IMG/VR virus record: IMGVR_UViG_3300031088_000793
DNA from: a virus
Lineage: Duplodnaviria; Heunggongvirae; Uroviricota; Caudoviricetes
Strand: one strand, 5' to 3'
Length of the DNA stretch: 64,000 bases
In this document: piece after piece, positions 1 through 9,249 of the stretch
How positions within the stretch are numbered: the first letter of the stretch is position 1
Layout: every line of letters starts with the position of its first letter
The notes under the pieces: model-generated
Told to the model about the DNA's origin: nothing
Seen by the model: only the letters and a program-made list of their open reading frames with translations
The model's database searches: none
Program-made: the position numbers and the translations under genes

Positions 1-338
1 GTCCGGAGAATCGAAGAATCGCCTCTCTGATGAGGTTCAGGCTGAGGCCGTCGAGGAAGCGCTCGCTGCCCTTTGCCGCCACATCGTTCCGGTGGGAGTG
101 GGTAGCTCCGCCGACTGCCCGGAGAAGCTCACTGTCTTCCTCTGCCGTCATCCTTGAGAAGCCCGGGCGGTAGCTGAGAAAGCGAACCCTTGAGCTGGGA
201 GCGAAGTCATCGAGCATCCGGACCATGCGCTCGTTGACACAGCCCTCGGGTCCAGTGAAATCAGGACGGGGGCTGTCGGAGGTAGCTTTCCCTACTCCGG
301 ATGAGCTTGAGCTCACTCCTGGGCCGATGAAGAACATG
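1..338 (-). CDS. hypothetical protein, N-terminal part; the gene continues beyond the window start
   Basis: Minus-strand ATG at 336-338 (MFFIGPGVSSSSSGVGKAT...) and the reading frame stays open to position 1. The G-rich N-terminus is not a canonical Walker A motif. Confidence 0.4.
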
Positions 339-392
339 GGATCATCCTATACGCTGAGGGAGCTCACCGCAACATCAGTAGCCGATGGCCCG

Positions 393-1487
393 TCAGTCCT
401 CCGGGGATTTGAAAGCGACAGCCAGAGGCTGAGCTGGCTGCACGGGATCCACAGCACGGCTAGCACTGCAGATCGATCGATGCCAGGGACCGATGCTGTT
501 GACAGTGAGCCGGCGAGCGGCGGCGAACTGAGCTCCCGTCTCGGGGCTCCTGATGGAGAGTGCCTGCACATCTCCACAGTCGCCGCAGCGCTCGAAGCGA
601 AGGTACATCTCAGTGCCAGCGACTCGGGCTAGGGTTTCCCGATTGGGGAAGCTGCCGGAGCTGAAGCCGATGCGCTTGTAGCTCTCGGGTGCGATGAGCG
701 CGGCTGAGAGCTCTCGCTTGATTGCCGCACGGAGCTCAGCTGGCATGCCGATGGCCCTGGGAGCAGCAGCATAGTCTGAGGCGAGTTGGGTGCGACGGAG
801 GAAGTCAGGCATGACCCTAGAAAGCCTGTCTTGGAGCACCGCCACAGACGGATGGCTTGACCTACCCAAGAGCTCGATCTTGCTGATGGAGGTCACGGGG
901 ATGAGCTTCGCACCTGGCGCTCGGTCTTCGCTCCTGCCAGCCTCGAGCTCTCCCGTGAATCGAAGGACCATGGGCTTCCCCAGGATTCTCACTGAGAAGT
1001 CGATGGGCCGCTGATCGCCGCGCGTAGGGAGATCGTCCCACTCATAGGACCTACTCACTATGTGGAGCATGTGATCGACGGGAATTGACTCTCCGCGGAC
1101 TCGGGCGCCGATGATGTTCCTCTTGGGGCCGACGAGCGCGAAGGTAATGGCCTCATAGCCTCCAGCGTGATTCTCAAGGAGATCAGCGATGATGTTTCGG
1201 CTGATGCCGTCGAGGAGTTCGTCCCGGTGGCGCTCCTGAAGAGTGGCAGCGCCGAGCCCACGCTTGACTTCCTCTCCAGCCGAATCCTTGGAAAGCCCCG
1301 TGCTGTATAGCACCGGGAAGCTGATACCAGTTTCGTTCCGAGGGAAGAGCCTAGCATAGTGCTCGATGGACTCTAGAGAATCTCGCTCAGGCTTCTCAGC
1401 GATGCGGCTAGAGCCTCGCTTTGCTTTGCTCAATTTCAGCTCAGAGCCTCCCACTGCGGGGCCGGCGAGCTCATCGAGAAGGAACAT
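393..1487 (-). CDS. hypothetical protein (364 aa) with a CGDCGD Cys pair
   Basis: Long minus-strand ORF in the dominant orientation. A conserved leaderless promoter (TTGCGG-N17-TAGCAT-N6-ATG) sits at 1494-1523. No catalytic motif was recognised. Confidence 0.6.
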   Translation of the reverse strand: MFLLDELAGPAVGGSELKLSKAKRGSSRIAEKPERDSLESIEHYARLFPRNETGISFPVLYSTGLSKDSAGEEVKRGLGAATLQERHRDELLDGISRNIIADLLENHAGGYEAITFALVGPKRNIIGARVRGESIPVDHMLHIVSRSYEWDDLPTRGDQRPIDFSVRILGKPMVLRFTGELEAGRSEDRAPGAKLIPVTSISKIELLGRSSHPSVAVLQDRLSRVMPDFLRRTQLASDYAAAPRAIGMPAELRAAIKRELSAALIAPESYKRIGFSSGSFPNRETLARVAGTEMYLRFERCGDCGDVQALSIRSPETGAQFAAARRLTVNSIGPWHRSICSASRAVDPVQPAQPLAVAFKSPED

Positions 1488-1534
1488 GGGGCAATGCTAT
1501 CATCTTCGAATCGCTACCGCAACTGCCCTCAGGA

Positions 1535-1993
1535 CTAGGGGAGGAGCTTCGGCGCTCCTGAGCTGAAGGAAAAGCTCCAGCCACAGACTCGCTTTCCCAG
1601 CGGACCGAGGTAGAAGTGGGTGGTGAGATCGAAGCTCATGAAGTCATAGGGGCTCAGACCGATGCGCTTCAGATGGCGGCGAGCGTGGGCCATTGCCTCA
1701 TCGGGATCAGAGGCTGAGACGGGGAGCACAGTGGGGAAGCTCAGGTAGCCGAAGGGTTCTTCCTGGCCCCGCATGGCCACGGCAACGATCCGCGCCGCAC
1801 TCCTAGCGCTGTCCGCATCCTGAGAGTCGATGGCTCTGCCCTGGTCAACTGAAACTCCACCCAGAGCCTTGCTCTCTGCGGCCGCAGCATGCTCCTCCAC
1901 GGCCTCGGTGGGGTCGTAGTAGACTACCTCCTGGCCATCCTCGAGCTCTACTGGTGAGCGGCCAGTGAAGCCGTTCTCAGCTGAGGTTCCCAT
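1535..1993 (-). CDS. hypothetical protein (152 aa)
   Basis: Minus-strand ORF packed against its neighbours and overlapping the upstream gene by 17 nt. Confidence 0.5.
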   Translation of the reverse strand: MGTSAENGFTGRSPVELEDGQEVVYYDPTEAVEEHAAAAESKALGGVSVDQGRAIDSQDADSARSAARIVAVAMRGQEEPFGYLSFPTVLPVSASDPDEAMAHARRHLKRIGLSPYDFMSFDLTTHFYLGPLGKRVCGWSFSFSSGAPKLLP

Positions 1994-2627
1994 GGAGCTC
2001 TCCTCTCTGATCCGCTACTGCCGGTGCAGTCGGCTCACTGGGCTGCGCTGCAGCTACCAGGGACGGGAGCCTCGGGAAGGGCTTCAGCGCAGCCTCGACG
2101 GCGCTGCGAACCTCCGCGAGCCTTCCGGTGGGAAGATCGATGATCGGAGCTCTTCCGTAGGTCTCTTCGAGGTTGGCGAGGGTCTTGGCCACGACGCTCA
2201 GGGCTACGAAGCGCTTGATCCTTCGAGTCTCCATGAGCTTCGAGATGAGGAAGATCAGGATGAGCGCTCCATAGTAGACGGAGACGGGGAGGCCGAGGTC
2301 GAGCTCAGGATAGAGGATCCGGTAGCCGAAGAGTCCGAGGATGAAGCTACTGGAGAGGATCGAGAGGAAGGACCAGAGCGCTGGAGTGGAGAAGAGCCCT
2401 GTGCGCCTCTGCTCAAAGCTGTAGCTCACGGCCTCTACGCCGGGAGCATCCGTGCCGTGGATTCGCTCTCGGACGGTGGTCCGGGATAGCCTACCCTCGA
2501 AGTCGGAGCCCTCGAAGCTTCCGAGCTCTGTCTCCCGGAGCACGGCTGAATTCACCGTGACCTGAACGCCGTACTTAGTGCCGCTGGGCTGAGCCGGCTC
2601 TGCGGCCTCAGTCTGCTCTGTGCTCAC
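1977..2627 (-). CDS. hypothetical membrane protein (216 aa)
   Basis: Hydrophobic segments (LWSFLSILSSSFILGLFGY, VYYGALILIFLISKL) consistent with TM helices. Confidence 0.55.
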   Translation of the reverse strand: MSTEQTEAAEPAQPSGTKYGVQVTVNSAVLRETELGSFEGSDFEGRLSRTTVRERIHGTDAPGVEAVSYSFEQRRTGLFSTPALWSFLSILSSSFILGLFGYRILYPELDLGLPVSVYYGALILIFLISKLMETRRIKRFVALSVVAKTLANLEETYGRAPIIDLPTGRLAEVRSAVEAALKPFPRLPSLVAAAQPSEPTAPAVADQRGELHGNLS

Positions 2628-2714
2628 TTGCTATCTCCTGCTTCGGGTGCCAGCCCTGGGGCTAGTGCTGTGGAGCTATGCTAACCCATTGCCGACGCCG
2701 GAGGCGAATCGACA

Positions 2715-3299
2715 CTATTCAGCGTCTGCCTCGGACTCAGCTGGGATCGAAGGGCGGCTCTCCATGAGTCCTCCGAGGAGCTTCTCACCGTCGGCGCCGT
2801 AGGCCGTCCAGCCATCGTTGCCGAAGCCCATCTTGCTCGCGTAGAAGAGCGGAGAGAGCTCATCTGAGTCGCAGTCTGTGGCCCCGAGCGTTCGGGCATC
2901 GCTGAGACCTTCGATGGCCAGACTTCCGTCCTCGAGGACGATGTACTTGCTCGAAGCCTCGAAGCAATCATCCACCAGCGATACGGATCCGCTGTGGTGG
3001 AAGGTCATGGTGGGATCTCCGGGGAGGTCGCTGTTAGAGACCTCCATCTCAAAGTCCACGCCCCGGGCCTCATCTTCCTGAGCCTGCTGCCAGCTGTTGG
3101 CCAGAGCCCTCTCCCGGAGCTCCCGATCTCGTTCCCCGGAGAAGCTCAAATGACCTAGAGCCCAGAGGGCCCCGGCGACGAGGAGAATCGCTGCGCTGGC
3201 GATGAGTAGAGCCTTGAGCGTGGGTCGCCTCCGCAGCGCGGGGCCCTCCTCTTCCGGGGAAAGGAGCTCGTCAAGCTCACTGTCTTTCTGCTCATCCAT
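2715..3299 (-). CDS. hypothetical membrane-anchored protein (194 aa)
   Basis: Acidic N-terminus followed by a single TM segment (LLIASAAILLVAGALWALG). Overlaps the next gene by 8 nt. Confidence 0.55.
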   Translation of the reverse strand: MDEQKDSELDELLSPEEEGPALRRRPTLKALLIASAAILLVAGALWALGHLSFSGERDRELRERALANSWQQAQEDEARGVDFEMEVSNSDLPGDPTMTFHHSGSVSLVDDCFEASSKYIVLEDGSLAIEGLSDARTLGATDCDSDELSPLFYASKMGFGNDGWTAYGADGEKLLGGLMESRPSIPAESEADAE

Positions 3300-4014
3300 G
3301 GTTGCTCCTCTTGATGCAGGATTGCTCCAGCAAATCTCTTCGACTATCGTAGGAGTCGCCGTTTAGGCAGCCTCGTTCCAGAAGCTCACGCTCAATGCCC
3401 AGGATGTCCGCTCTGACTTCAGCCGCTCTTCGATCCAGGCGAATTGCTCTGCGCTTTAGCTTGCGCTCCTTTCTGTCATTTGTTGCCAGTTCAGCTCGAA
3501 GCTTGACTTGCTTCAACTGGAGGCGCGCATCTGCATCTATGAGTGCTCTCTGCTCGGTGCTGGGCTGGGGAAGGAAACTGAATGTGATGTGGCGTCTTGT
3601 TCCGCGCTTCCGGTCAACGGCTATAAGGCCGTAGGATACCGGATAGTAGTTCGTGGAAATCAGCGGGTGGTATCTCAGAAAGCCACCGTAGGTCAGGATC
3701 AGAGCCACACTCAGTGGCAGTCCCACCGAGAATCCTCCCAGTACTTCTCCTGACAACAGGGCGGTTCCGGGAACTGCTGCCAGCCAGGCTCCTCCCACTG
3801 AGGAAAGCCCCACATTGAGTGCTGTGGCTAGCCGAAGCTTGGATCGCTGCGCCGGAGAGAACTCTGCGGAAACGGCTACTGGCTCTGGAACCGATTCTGT
3901 GACGGCGGTTTCCTCCAGGGCTACCCTATCTACAGACTGACCGACTTCGGAAGACTCCGAGGAGGCCGGCGCTGGAGGTAGCTCAGAGCCGGTCCCCTCC
4001 TCGAAGATCTTCAC
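3292..4014 (-). CDS. hypothetical membrane protein (240 aa)
   Basis: Two hydrophobic segments in the middle and a charged coiled C-terminus. Confidence 0.55.
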   Translation of the reverse strand: MKIFEEGTGSELPPAPASSESSEVGQSVDRVALEETAVTESVPEPVAVSAEFSPAQRSKLRLATALNVGLSSVGGAWLAAVPGTALLSGEVLGGFSVGLPLSVALILTYGGFLRYHPLISTNYYPVSYGLIAVDRKRGTRRHITFSFLPQPSTEQRALIDADARLQLKQVKLRAELATNDRKERKLKRRAIRLDRRAAEVRADILGIERELLERGCLNGDSYDSRRDLLEQSCIKRSNHG

Positions 4015-4019
4015 AGTGT

Positions 4020-4808
4020 TCAGTTCTCCTGAGTGGTATCGCCGTGGCCCTGGGGAAGCTGGTCCGTGAGGTATCCAGCGTCCCGCAGAGCATCCACGAG
4101 CTCAGTTGAGGAGGCTCCGCCGTCGAGCTGCCTGTCCACGAGGATGTAGAGCTCTCGCTGACGCTCCTGAAGCCGCTGCTCTTCGAGCTCTCGGGCTCGG
4201 GCCGCTAGCTCTCCGGCTAGAGCCATGAGCTCGAAGAGAGGGCTACTTTCCCAGTCCTCGTCCTCCTCGGGGAAGGGCTCGATCTCGAAGCGGGGGTCAG
4301 GGTTCTCTACCCCATCTGCTCGAAGGATCTCAACAGCTGCTGCTCGAAGCTCCCGGCTGCGCTCCTCGTCATCGTAGAAGAGACCGTCACCCCGGACACC
4401 GGTGCTGTAGACCGGCTCGGAGGAACTGTGGTCCGGGTAGTGGGCTCGGAAGTAGCCGTGGCGAAGTCTGAGGTAGCCGATCTGTCGGCCGTCTCGGAAG
4501 AAATCGTACTGCTCGGGTGCGGCAGCACAGGTGCGCTTCAGCTCCAGCTCCACAGGATTGAGCTCAGCTGGCTCCTCGGGAAGAATTCCCGCGTCCTTGA
4601 GGTAGCCGTAGAGCGCTACGGCCTCGTCGTGGCCTGCTAGGGGATTGCCAACGCTGTCCACGACGCCGTAGTCCCTGAGCCCTCGGACGAGCGCTGTGAG
4701 CGCCCTGTGCTCCAGGGTGGGCTCGAGCCCGGGCAGTGTGGGCTGTTCCATCTTGATTCCTTCGTTCTGTGAGCCCATCTTATCGAGCGAAGTCGACATT
4801 GAGCTCAT
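4020..4808 (-). CDS. hypothetical protein (262 aa)
   Basis: Minus-strand ORF in the dense array. Confidence 0.55.
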   Translation of the reverse strand: MSSMSTSLDKMGSQNEGIKMEQPTLPGLEPTLEHRALTALVRGLRDYGVVDSVGNPLAGHDEAVALYGYLKDAGILPEEPAELNPVELELKRTCAAAPEQYDFFRDGRQIGYLRLRHGYFRAHYPDHSSSEPVYSTGVRGDGLFYDDEERSRELRAAAVEILRADGVENPDPRFEIEPFPEEDEDWESSPLFELMALAGELAARARELEEQRLQERQRELYILVDRQLDGGASSTELVDALRDAGYLTDQLPQGHGDTTQEN

Positions 4809-5340
4809 CGGTCTCGGGGTTGACCGAGAGCGTCAGCGTTTCTCCGGAGATCAGCCCCGAGAACTGGAGGCTGTTCCGAGCGCTCATGGTCAGCGAGCGG
4901 CCGCCCTTGCCTCCCATGATCCGGACGAAGTAGATGCCGGGTCGATCCTTCCGAGAGAGCTCCACGGTGACTCGAGCCTCTCGGCCGTTGGTGAGCAGGA
5001 GCTCCTCGCTGATGGTTCCGTCCCGGCGGGTCGTGGTCTCCTTGACCACCAGGGGTGAGCCCTCGAGCTTCAGCTCCAGCGGCTGAGGTCCCGCGACTCG
5101 CTCGATGGCCTCGCTCCGGGAGATGTTCTCATCCTCGATGAGCTCAGCAACGCTCTCCTCGAGTTCGAGGGCTGCGAGGATCCGCTTGGAGCCCCAGCGC
5201 TTGGCGAGCATGGTGACGAGGGAGCGAGCTGCATCCCAGGCCTCCGAGCCGCTCTCGTAGTTGCTCTTGGTCGCCTGGTAGACGGCGTTGGTCTCCTGGT
5301 CGAGGAACTCCAGTTCCTGGACGATCTTCTCACTATTCAT
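4780..5340 (-). CDS. hypothetical protein (186 aa)
   Basis: The ORF starts 6 nt downstream of a TAGCAT -10 element, making it leaderless, and TTGCGG lies 17 nt further upstream. Confidence 0.6.
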   Translation of the reverse strand: MNSEKIVQELEFLDQETNAVYQATKSNYESGSEAWDAARSLVTMLAKRWGSKRILAALELEESVAELIEDENISRSEAIERVAGPQPLELKLEGSPLVVKETTTRRDGTISEELLLTNGREARVTVELSRKDRPGIYFVRIMGGKGGRSLTMSARNSLQFSGLISGETLTLSVNPETDELNVDFAR

Positions 5341-5427
5341 AGCGCAATGCTATACCATTGACTCTCCGCCCGCAACCGAAGGGCCAAGCGGGTTGCGGCG
5401 GGCCAGAGGTCCGTTGTATAGTCCACC

Positions 5428-5848
5428 CATGCGCCGAATCACCACCACAGACCAGGAACTGCTCCTGGAGGTCTCCCCCTGCACCGAGGAAGAAGTCGAC
5501 AGCTTCACTGCGGGCGACTGCTGGAAGCTTGCCCACGAGCTCCACAGCCAGGGGGCCGGTGAGCTCACGGGGGTCGTGGACGCCCGGGATCCATCCTTCT
5601 GGATCCACATGGTGGTGGAGCTCCCCGACGGCAACTTCCTCGATGTCTACGGCATTCAGAGCCGGGAGCAGCTCATGGATCGCTGGGCTCCCTACTTCGC
5701 TGGGAGCAAACCCGCCACGGCTCGCTACGATCTCTCGCAGCCCAGGCTCTGGGAGGAGCTCACGGGAGACCAGGACTTCGATCTCGCTGACCCCGAAGAG
5801 GTCGCCGAGGTTGCTCAGCGGCTCATCGAGTGGTCCGAGGACCTCTAG
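5428..5848 (+). CDS. hypothetical protein (~140 aa), the only plus-strand gene in the window
   Basis: Internal ATG (MRRITTTDQELL) of track ORF 5288..5848. Preceded by TTGCGG-N18-TATAGT-N6-ATG, so leaderless, in a divergent promoter pair with the 4780..5340 gene. Confidence 0.55.
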
Positions 5849-5860
5849 GTTCAATCCTCG

Positions 5861-7138
5861 CTAGAGTGCTAGGAAGCTGTTGCAGTAAATCGTTGCGCTC
5901 TTGACGCCCGAGCTCTCGAACTTTCCGAGGAACCTCTTAGCGATTCCGGCCTTCTCTGTGGGTGACAGGTCTACGAAGTTCAGCTCTGGAGTGTCATTGA
6001 GCTCTACTCTAAGGTGCTTCTCGAAGGAACTGTGCTTGGACATCACTAGCTTCTGAAGCGTGGGGGCAAAGGAGGTGCAAACCTTCTCCGTGTGCTCAAG
6101 GAGCGACTCAAGGTTAGCTCTGTTGGCGACTGAGAGCGGAGCGAGCATGCCGCTATCCCTGAACATTGCGTAGGAGGGGAGCTGCTTAGCGTAGTCGATG
6201 ATCTCTGAGTCACCTGAGATGTTGGCACTAAGCGTGAGCACTGCCTTGGTTTTACTGTAGGCAGATGCGATGGTCTTGCTATCTTCAGATGCATCTCGCT
6301 TGAAATCCCGCTCGAAGGAAAGCATGGCGACCGCCTGGAATGCTCCGAGGGAATCGGTGAGAATGGGCGTCGTGAGTACACCTTCTCCGTAGAGCTCGTC
6401 GCTCACGACCTGCACATTGAGGATAGCGTTCATCTGTCCAGTGACTGCCTTCTCAGAGGAGGCTCCGGCTCTGACGATTTCCCTGAGACCGTCGAAGTAA
6501 TCCCTGGAGGGGCTCGATTCACGAGCGTCTTCCTTCGCGCTCACTCGAATGGCGTAGACTTCCTTGCCACCCCTGGTGACCTTGTGCTTGAGGAAGATGG
6601 GAATAGCTGCTCTCACTTCGCTCTCTTCAGCGCCATCCCGGGCAAAGCCCAGCGCCATCTTGAAGAGCTTCTTGTAGCCAGCCTTATACTTCTTCGAGAA
6701 GTCCTTGTGGAATGACTCGAAGGCGTCAGCGGTGAGGTAGGCGCGCTTCTGGTCAAGGAGGTCTTGCTGAAAGTCAAAGGGGCTCTGGCAGCTCTTCTTC
6801 TGATTGCAGTCTGAGCAGATGGGGCAGATGTTGCCGTCAGCAGAAAGCCCAAGGTAGTAAACGGGGATGAGATGGTCCCACTGGATTGCCTGGGTCTCTG
6901 AGAGGACCCAGTCACCATCACGGAGCTCAAGGATCTGCTTGCCGCAGAACGGATCCCTACCTCCGGTGAGCTCTCCCAGGAGCTCTGCAGCGTAGATCGC
7001 GTCGAAGCGTTCGTAGGCGTTGTCGGCGATGTCTCGCTTAGTGAGCTTCCTGTGGCTGTAGTTTGAAACTACGGTGGGAGCCTTCGCTCGGATACCCTTT
7101 GCTCGGGCTTCCTCATAGCTAATCGGCGTCTGGTCCAT
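5861..7138 (-). CDS. HNH endonuclease domain protein (425 aa) with a long C-terminal extension of unknown function
   Basis: Zinc-ribbon HNH motif (CGKQ...WDHLIPVYYLGLSADGNICPICSDCNQKK). GC is about 50%, against about 62% for the surroundings. Confidence 0.75.
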   Translation of the reverse strand: MDQTPISYEEARAKGIRAKAPTVVSNYSHRKLTKRDIADNAYERFDAIYAAELLGELTGGRDPFCGKQILELRDGDWVLSETQAIQWDHLIPVYYLGLSADGNICPICSDCNQKKSCQSPFDFQQDLLDQKRAYLTADAFESFHKDFSKKYKAGYKKLFKMALGFARDGAEESEVRAAIPIFLKHKVTRGGKEVYAIRVSAKEDARESSPSRDYFDGLREIVRAGASSEKAVTGQMNAILNVQVVSDELYGEGVLTTPILTDSLGAFQAVAMLSFERDFKRDASEDSKTIASAYSKTKAVLTLSANISGDSEIIDYAKQLPSYAMFRDSGMLAPLSVANRANLESLLEHTEKVCTSFAPTLQKLVMSKHSSFEKHLRVELNDTPELNFVDLSPTEKAGIAKRFLGKFESSGVKSATIYCNSFLAL

Positions 7139-7248
7139 GGTGTCTCATCATTCTGTGTACTGTTGGCATGGAGTTCTCTTGCACAGCAGGCCTATGATTG
7201 CGAGGTTGTGGCCCAACTCGCGGCGCTGTTTTGATGTCCATGTATTTA

Positions 7249-7277
7249 GTATCGACAGATTCCACGAATGTTGACAA
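7249..7277 (-). promoter_or_regulatory. candidate sigma-70/SigA-like promoter for the HNH gene
   Basis: Minus-strand -35 TTGTCA, 17 nt spacer, -10 GATACT, about 100 nt upstream of the ATG at 7138 in an AT-richer 466-bp intergenic region. Confidence 0.3.
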
Positions 7278-7465
7278 AACTGATGAAATGTTTTTCCTGA
7301 GCGAACCTATTTCCTTTGAGCGTATGCGAACAGGGTCGAGATCATGCCGTAGGAAACCACAGGATCGATCCTAAGCGCCGCTATCACAGCATCGGTGCGT
7401 GCTTACACAGTAGCACACAACGGGCTAAGGCAGGCAGCAACGACCCGAGGGTATCAGACCGCAGA

Positions 7466-7497
7466 AAGGCCCGGACCTAACACGGTCCGGGCCTTCT
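7466..7497 (-). terminator. hairpin terminator downstream of the MazG-like gene
   Basis: Perfect 11-bp inverted repeat AGGCCCGGACC/GGTCCGGGCCT with a 6-nt loop, followed on the minus strand by TTTCTG. Confidence 0.5.
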
Positions 7498-7512
7498 GAT
7501 GGGATGCTAGAG

Positions 7513-7542
7513 GGCTGTCTAAGACAGAGCAGAGACAGCCCT
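7513..7542 (-). terminator. second hairpin (possible terminator or RNA structure)
   Basis: 9-bp inverted repeat GGGCTGTCT/AGACAGCCC immediately after the stop of 7606..7926. Confidence 0.35.
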
Positions 7543-7605
7543 GAGCGATGATGTGAGATTGCTATGCTCTGGGCTTAGACGGCATCCTCGCAACGCTCAG
7601 GCGGA

Positions 7606-7926
7606 TTAGCTGATGTTGCGGCCCTTGTCCTTGCGAATCTTGTGCTCCACCGCGTCGAGAAGATCGAACTCGCGCTTCTCCGAGATGCCGAGGAGGCAGA
7701 AGAGCACATCCGCCGACTCTTCCTTCAGATGGTTGAGATTCTTCGCAGAAGGATCAGCTTCGTAGTCCGCCAGGGCCTCCATGAGCTCATCGAACTCCTC
7801 CTGCAGCTTGCTGGTCTTGGAGTAGCGAGTCCAGCGAGTGCCGCGGAGCTTAGAGTAGAGGTGGAGGTAGCCGTTGAGCCGAGGCTTAGCCTTACCGGAG
7901 CCGGAGATACCGTCCTTGGCTGCCAT
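7606..7926 (-). CDS. MazG-like nucleotide pyrophosphohydrolase (106 aa)
   Basis: Helical EExxE-type motifs (LQEEFDELMEAL, EESADVLFCLLGI) and a size typical of the small MazG/HisE-like all-alpha NTP pyrophosphatases common in actinophages. Confidence 0.65.
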   Translation of the reverse strand: MAAKDGISGSGKAKPRLNGYLHLYSKLRGTRWTRYSKTSKLQEEFDELMEALADYEADPSAKNLNHLKEESADVLFCLLGISEKREFDLLDAVEHKIRKDKGRNIS

Positions 7927-8001
7927 GGGAAACTCCTAGAGCTGAATCAGTGGATGTGGTTGGAGCAACACTAACCCCACGGGCTCATGCTGTCAACACT
8001 C

Positions 8002-9198
8002 TCAGGCTCGCAGGGGTGCGACAGCTCGAAGGGGCACAGCATTGGTCCGCAGCTCTGCCATCAGTGGACAGATGAAGGGGTCTACCTTGGTGGAGAGCCC
8101 AACGCCGTTGAGGAAGCGCACTACCTCGCCGAAGCCACTGAAGAGCCCCATCTCCTTGTAGGCGATGCCCTTCTCCCGGCAGAACTCCTGAACGATGGGC
8201 CGAACCCGGGCCAGGTTGGGTCGAGCCATCGAGGGGAAGAGGTGATGCTCGATCTGGTAGTTGAGCCCACCGAGGAGCGTGTCCTTGACCCGGCTGGGAG
8301 TGATGTTCCGGGAGGTGAGGACCTGACGCTCAAGGAAGCCGATCCGAGAGCTTCTCTCCACCAGGGGCATGCCGATGTGGTTCACCGCGAAGGCGGCGCC
8401 GAGGAAGAAGCCGAAGGAGAGCATGTAGGTCATCCAGGCGATGGGAGAGACCCAGAGCGGAAGGAAGAGGAAGTAGACAGCCATGGGAGTGAGGAGCCGG
8501 ACGACGAGCATGGCCCCCTCGATCCAGCGGAGGTTGGCGCCCCGGCCAGTCTTCCTACCGAGGCTCTTGAAGGAGTCCAGGAGGAGGTCGAAGCTCGTGA
8601 GGAAGATCAGCACGGGGAAGAGCCAGCCCTGATTCCTCGTCAGCATGCGCTCAGCTGATGGCTTCTCGAACTTCTGCTCGGTGGAGAAGGCGATGATCCG
8701 CAGGGAGATGTCCGGGTCGCTGTCCACCATGTTGGGCTTGCCGTGGTGGCGGTTGTGCTTCTGGAGCCAGAAGCCGTAGGACAGCCCCGCGAAGAGATTG
8801 GCCATCACCATACCCACCCAGGTGTTGGCTCGATGATCCTCGAAGACCTGATTGTGGGCGAGCTCATGGGCGATGAAGGCGTACTGAGCGGTGAGCAACC
8901 CCTGGAAGACGATGAGGGGCAGCACGAGGAGAGTTATGGGCCCCGAGAGGAAGATTCCCATGAGGATGATCCCGGCCCAGGTCATCAGTGAGAGCAGAGT
9001 GACCACAGCGAAGGACCAGCCATAGAAGGCAGGGTGCTTCTTCAGAAGTCCCTCGTCCTTGACCTTGGTGAGGAGCTCACTGTAGACGGAGAGGTTTTTA
9101 GCGGCCACGGTGTAGCTCCAGATCGTCGGTGTGAGCTCTACTATCAGCGCTGCGGGAAAGGATATGCCGCAGAGGGCATGAAGGAGGGGCTCAAGCAC
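8002..9198 (-). CDS. membrane fatty-acid (acyl-lipid/acyl-CoA type) desaturase
   Basis: Three His boxes in the expected order (HELAHN, HNRHHG, QIEHHLFP) with TM helices in the N-terminal half. Confidence 0.85.
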   Translation of the reverse strand: MLEPLLHALCGISFPAALIVELTPTIWSYTVAAKNLSVYSELLTKVKDEGLLKKHPAFYGWSFAVVTLLSLMTWAGIILMGIFLSGPITLLVLPLIVFQGLLTAQYAFIAHELAHNQVFEDHRANTWVGMVMANLFAGLSYGFWLQKHNRHHGKPNMVDSDPDISLRIIAFSTEQKFEKPSAERMLTRNQGWLFPVLIFLTSFDLLLDSFKSLGRKTGRGANLRWIEGAMLVVRLLTPMAVYFLFLPLWVSPIAWMTYMLSFGFFLGAAFAVNHIGMPLVERSSRIGFLERQVLTSRNITPSRVKDTLLGGLNYQIEHHLFPSMARPNLARVRPIVQEFCREKGIAYKEMGLFSGFGEVVRFLNGVGLSTKVDPFICPLMAELRTNAVPLRAVAPLRA

Positions 9199-9249
9199 TA
9201 TGGCTGGAGCCCCTCCTCTGTGGATCTACCGTCAGCTCCGAGCGGCTGC

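Noticed and set aside
1-338. P-loop NTPase assignment for the partial gene at the window start (GPGVSSSSSGVGKAT)
   Set aside because: The Lys is followed by Ala rather than Ser or Thr, and the spacing does not fit the GxxxxGK[ST] pattern. I therefore leave it as hypothetical.
225-632. 135-aa plus-strand ORF at the left edge
   Set aside because: It is antisense to the 393..1487 gene and to the partial gene 1..338, which both fit the dominant orientation.
393-1487. RNA/DNA ligase assignment for the 364-aa protein next to the start-edge gene
   Set aside because: No KxDG(x)R adenylation motif or other nucleotidyltransferase motif was found. Only a CGDCGD Cys pair is present.
7139-7605. tRNA or other small RNA gene in the AT-richer intergenic region
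   Set aside because: No cloverleaf-compatible segment was found and no GTTCGA-type T-arm with matching acceptor stems. Only two hairpin terminators and promoter-like hexamers are evident.
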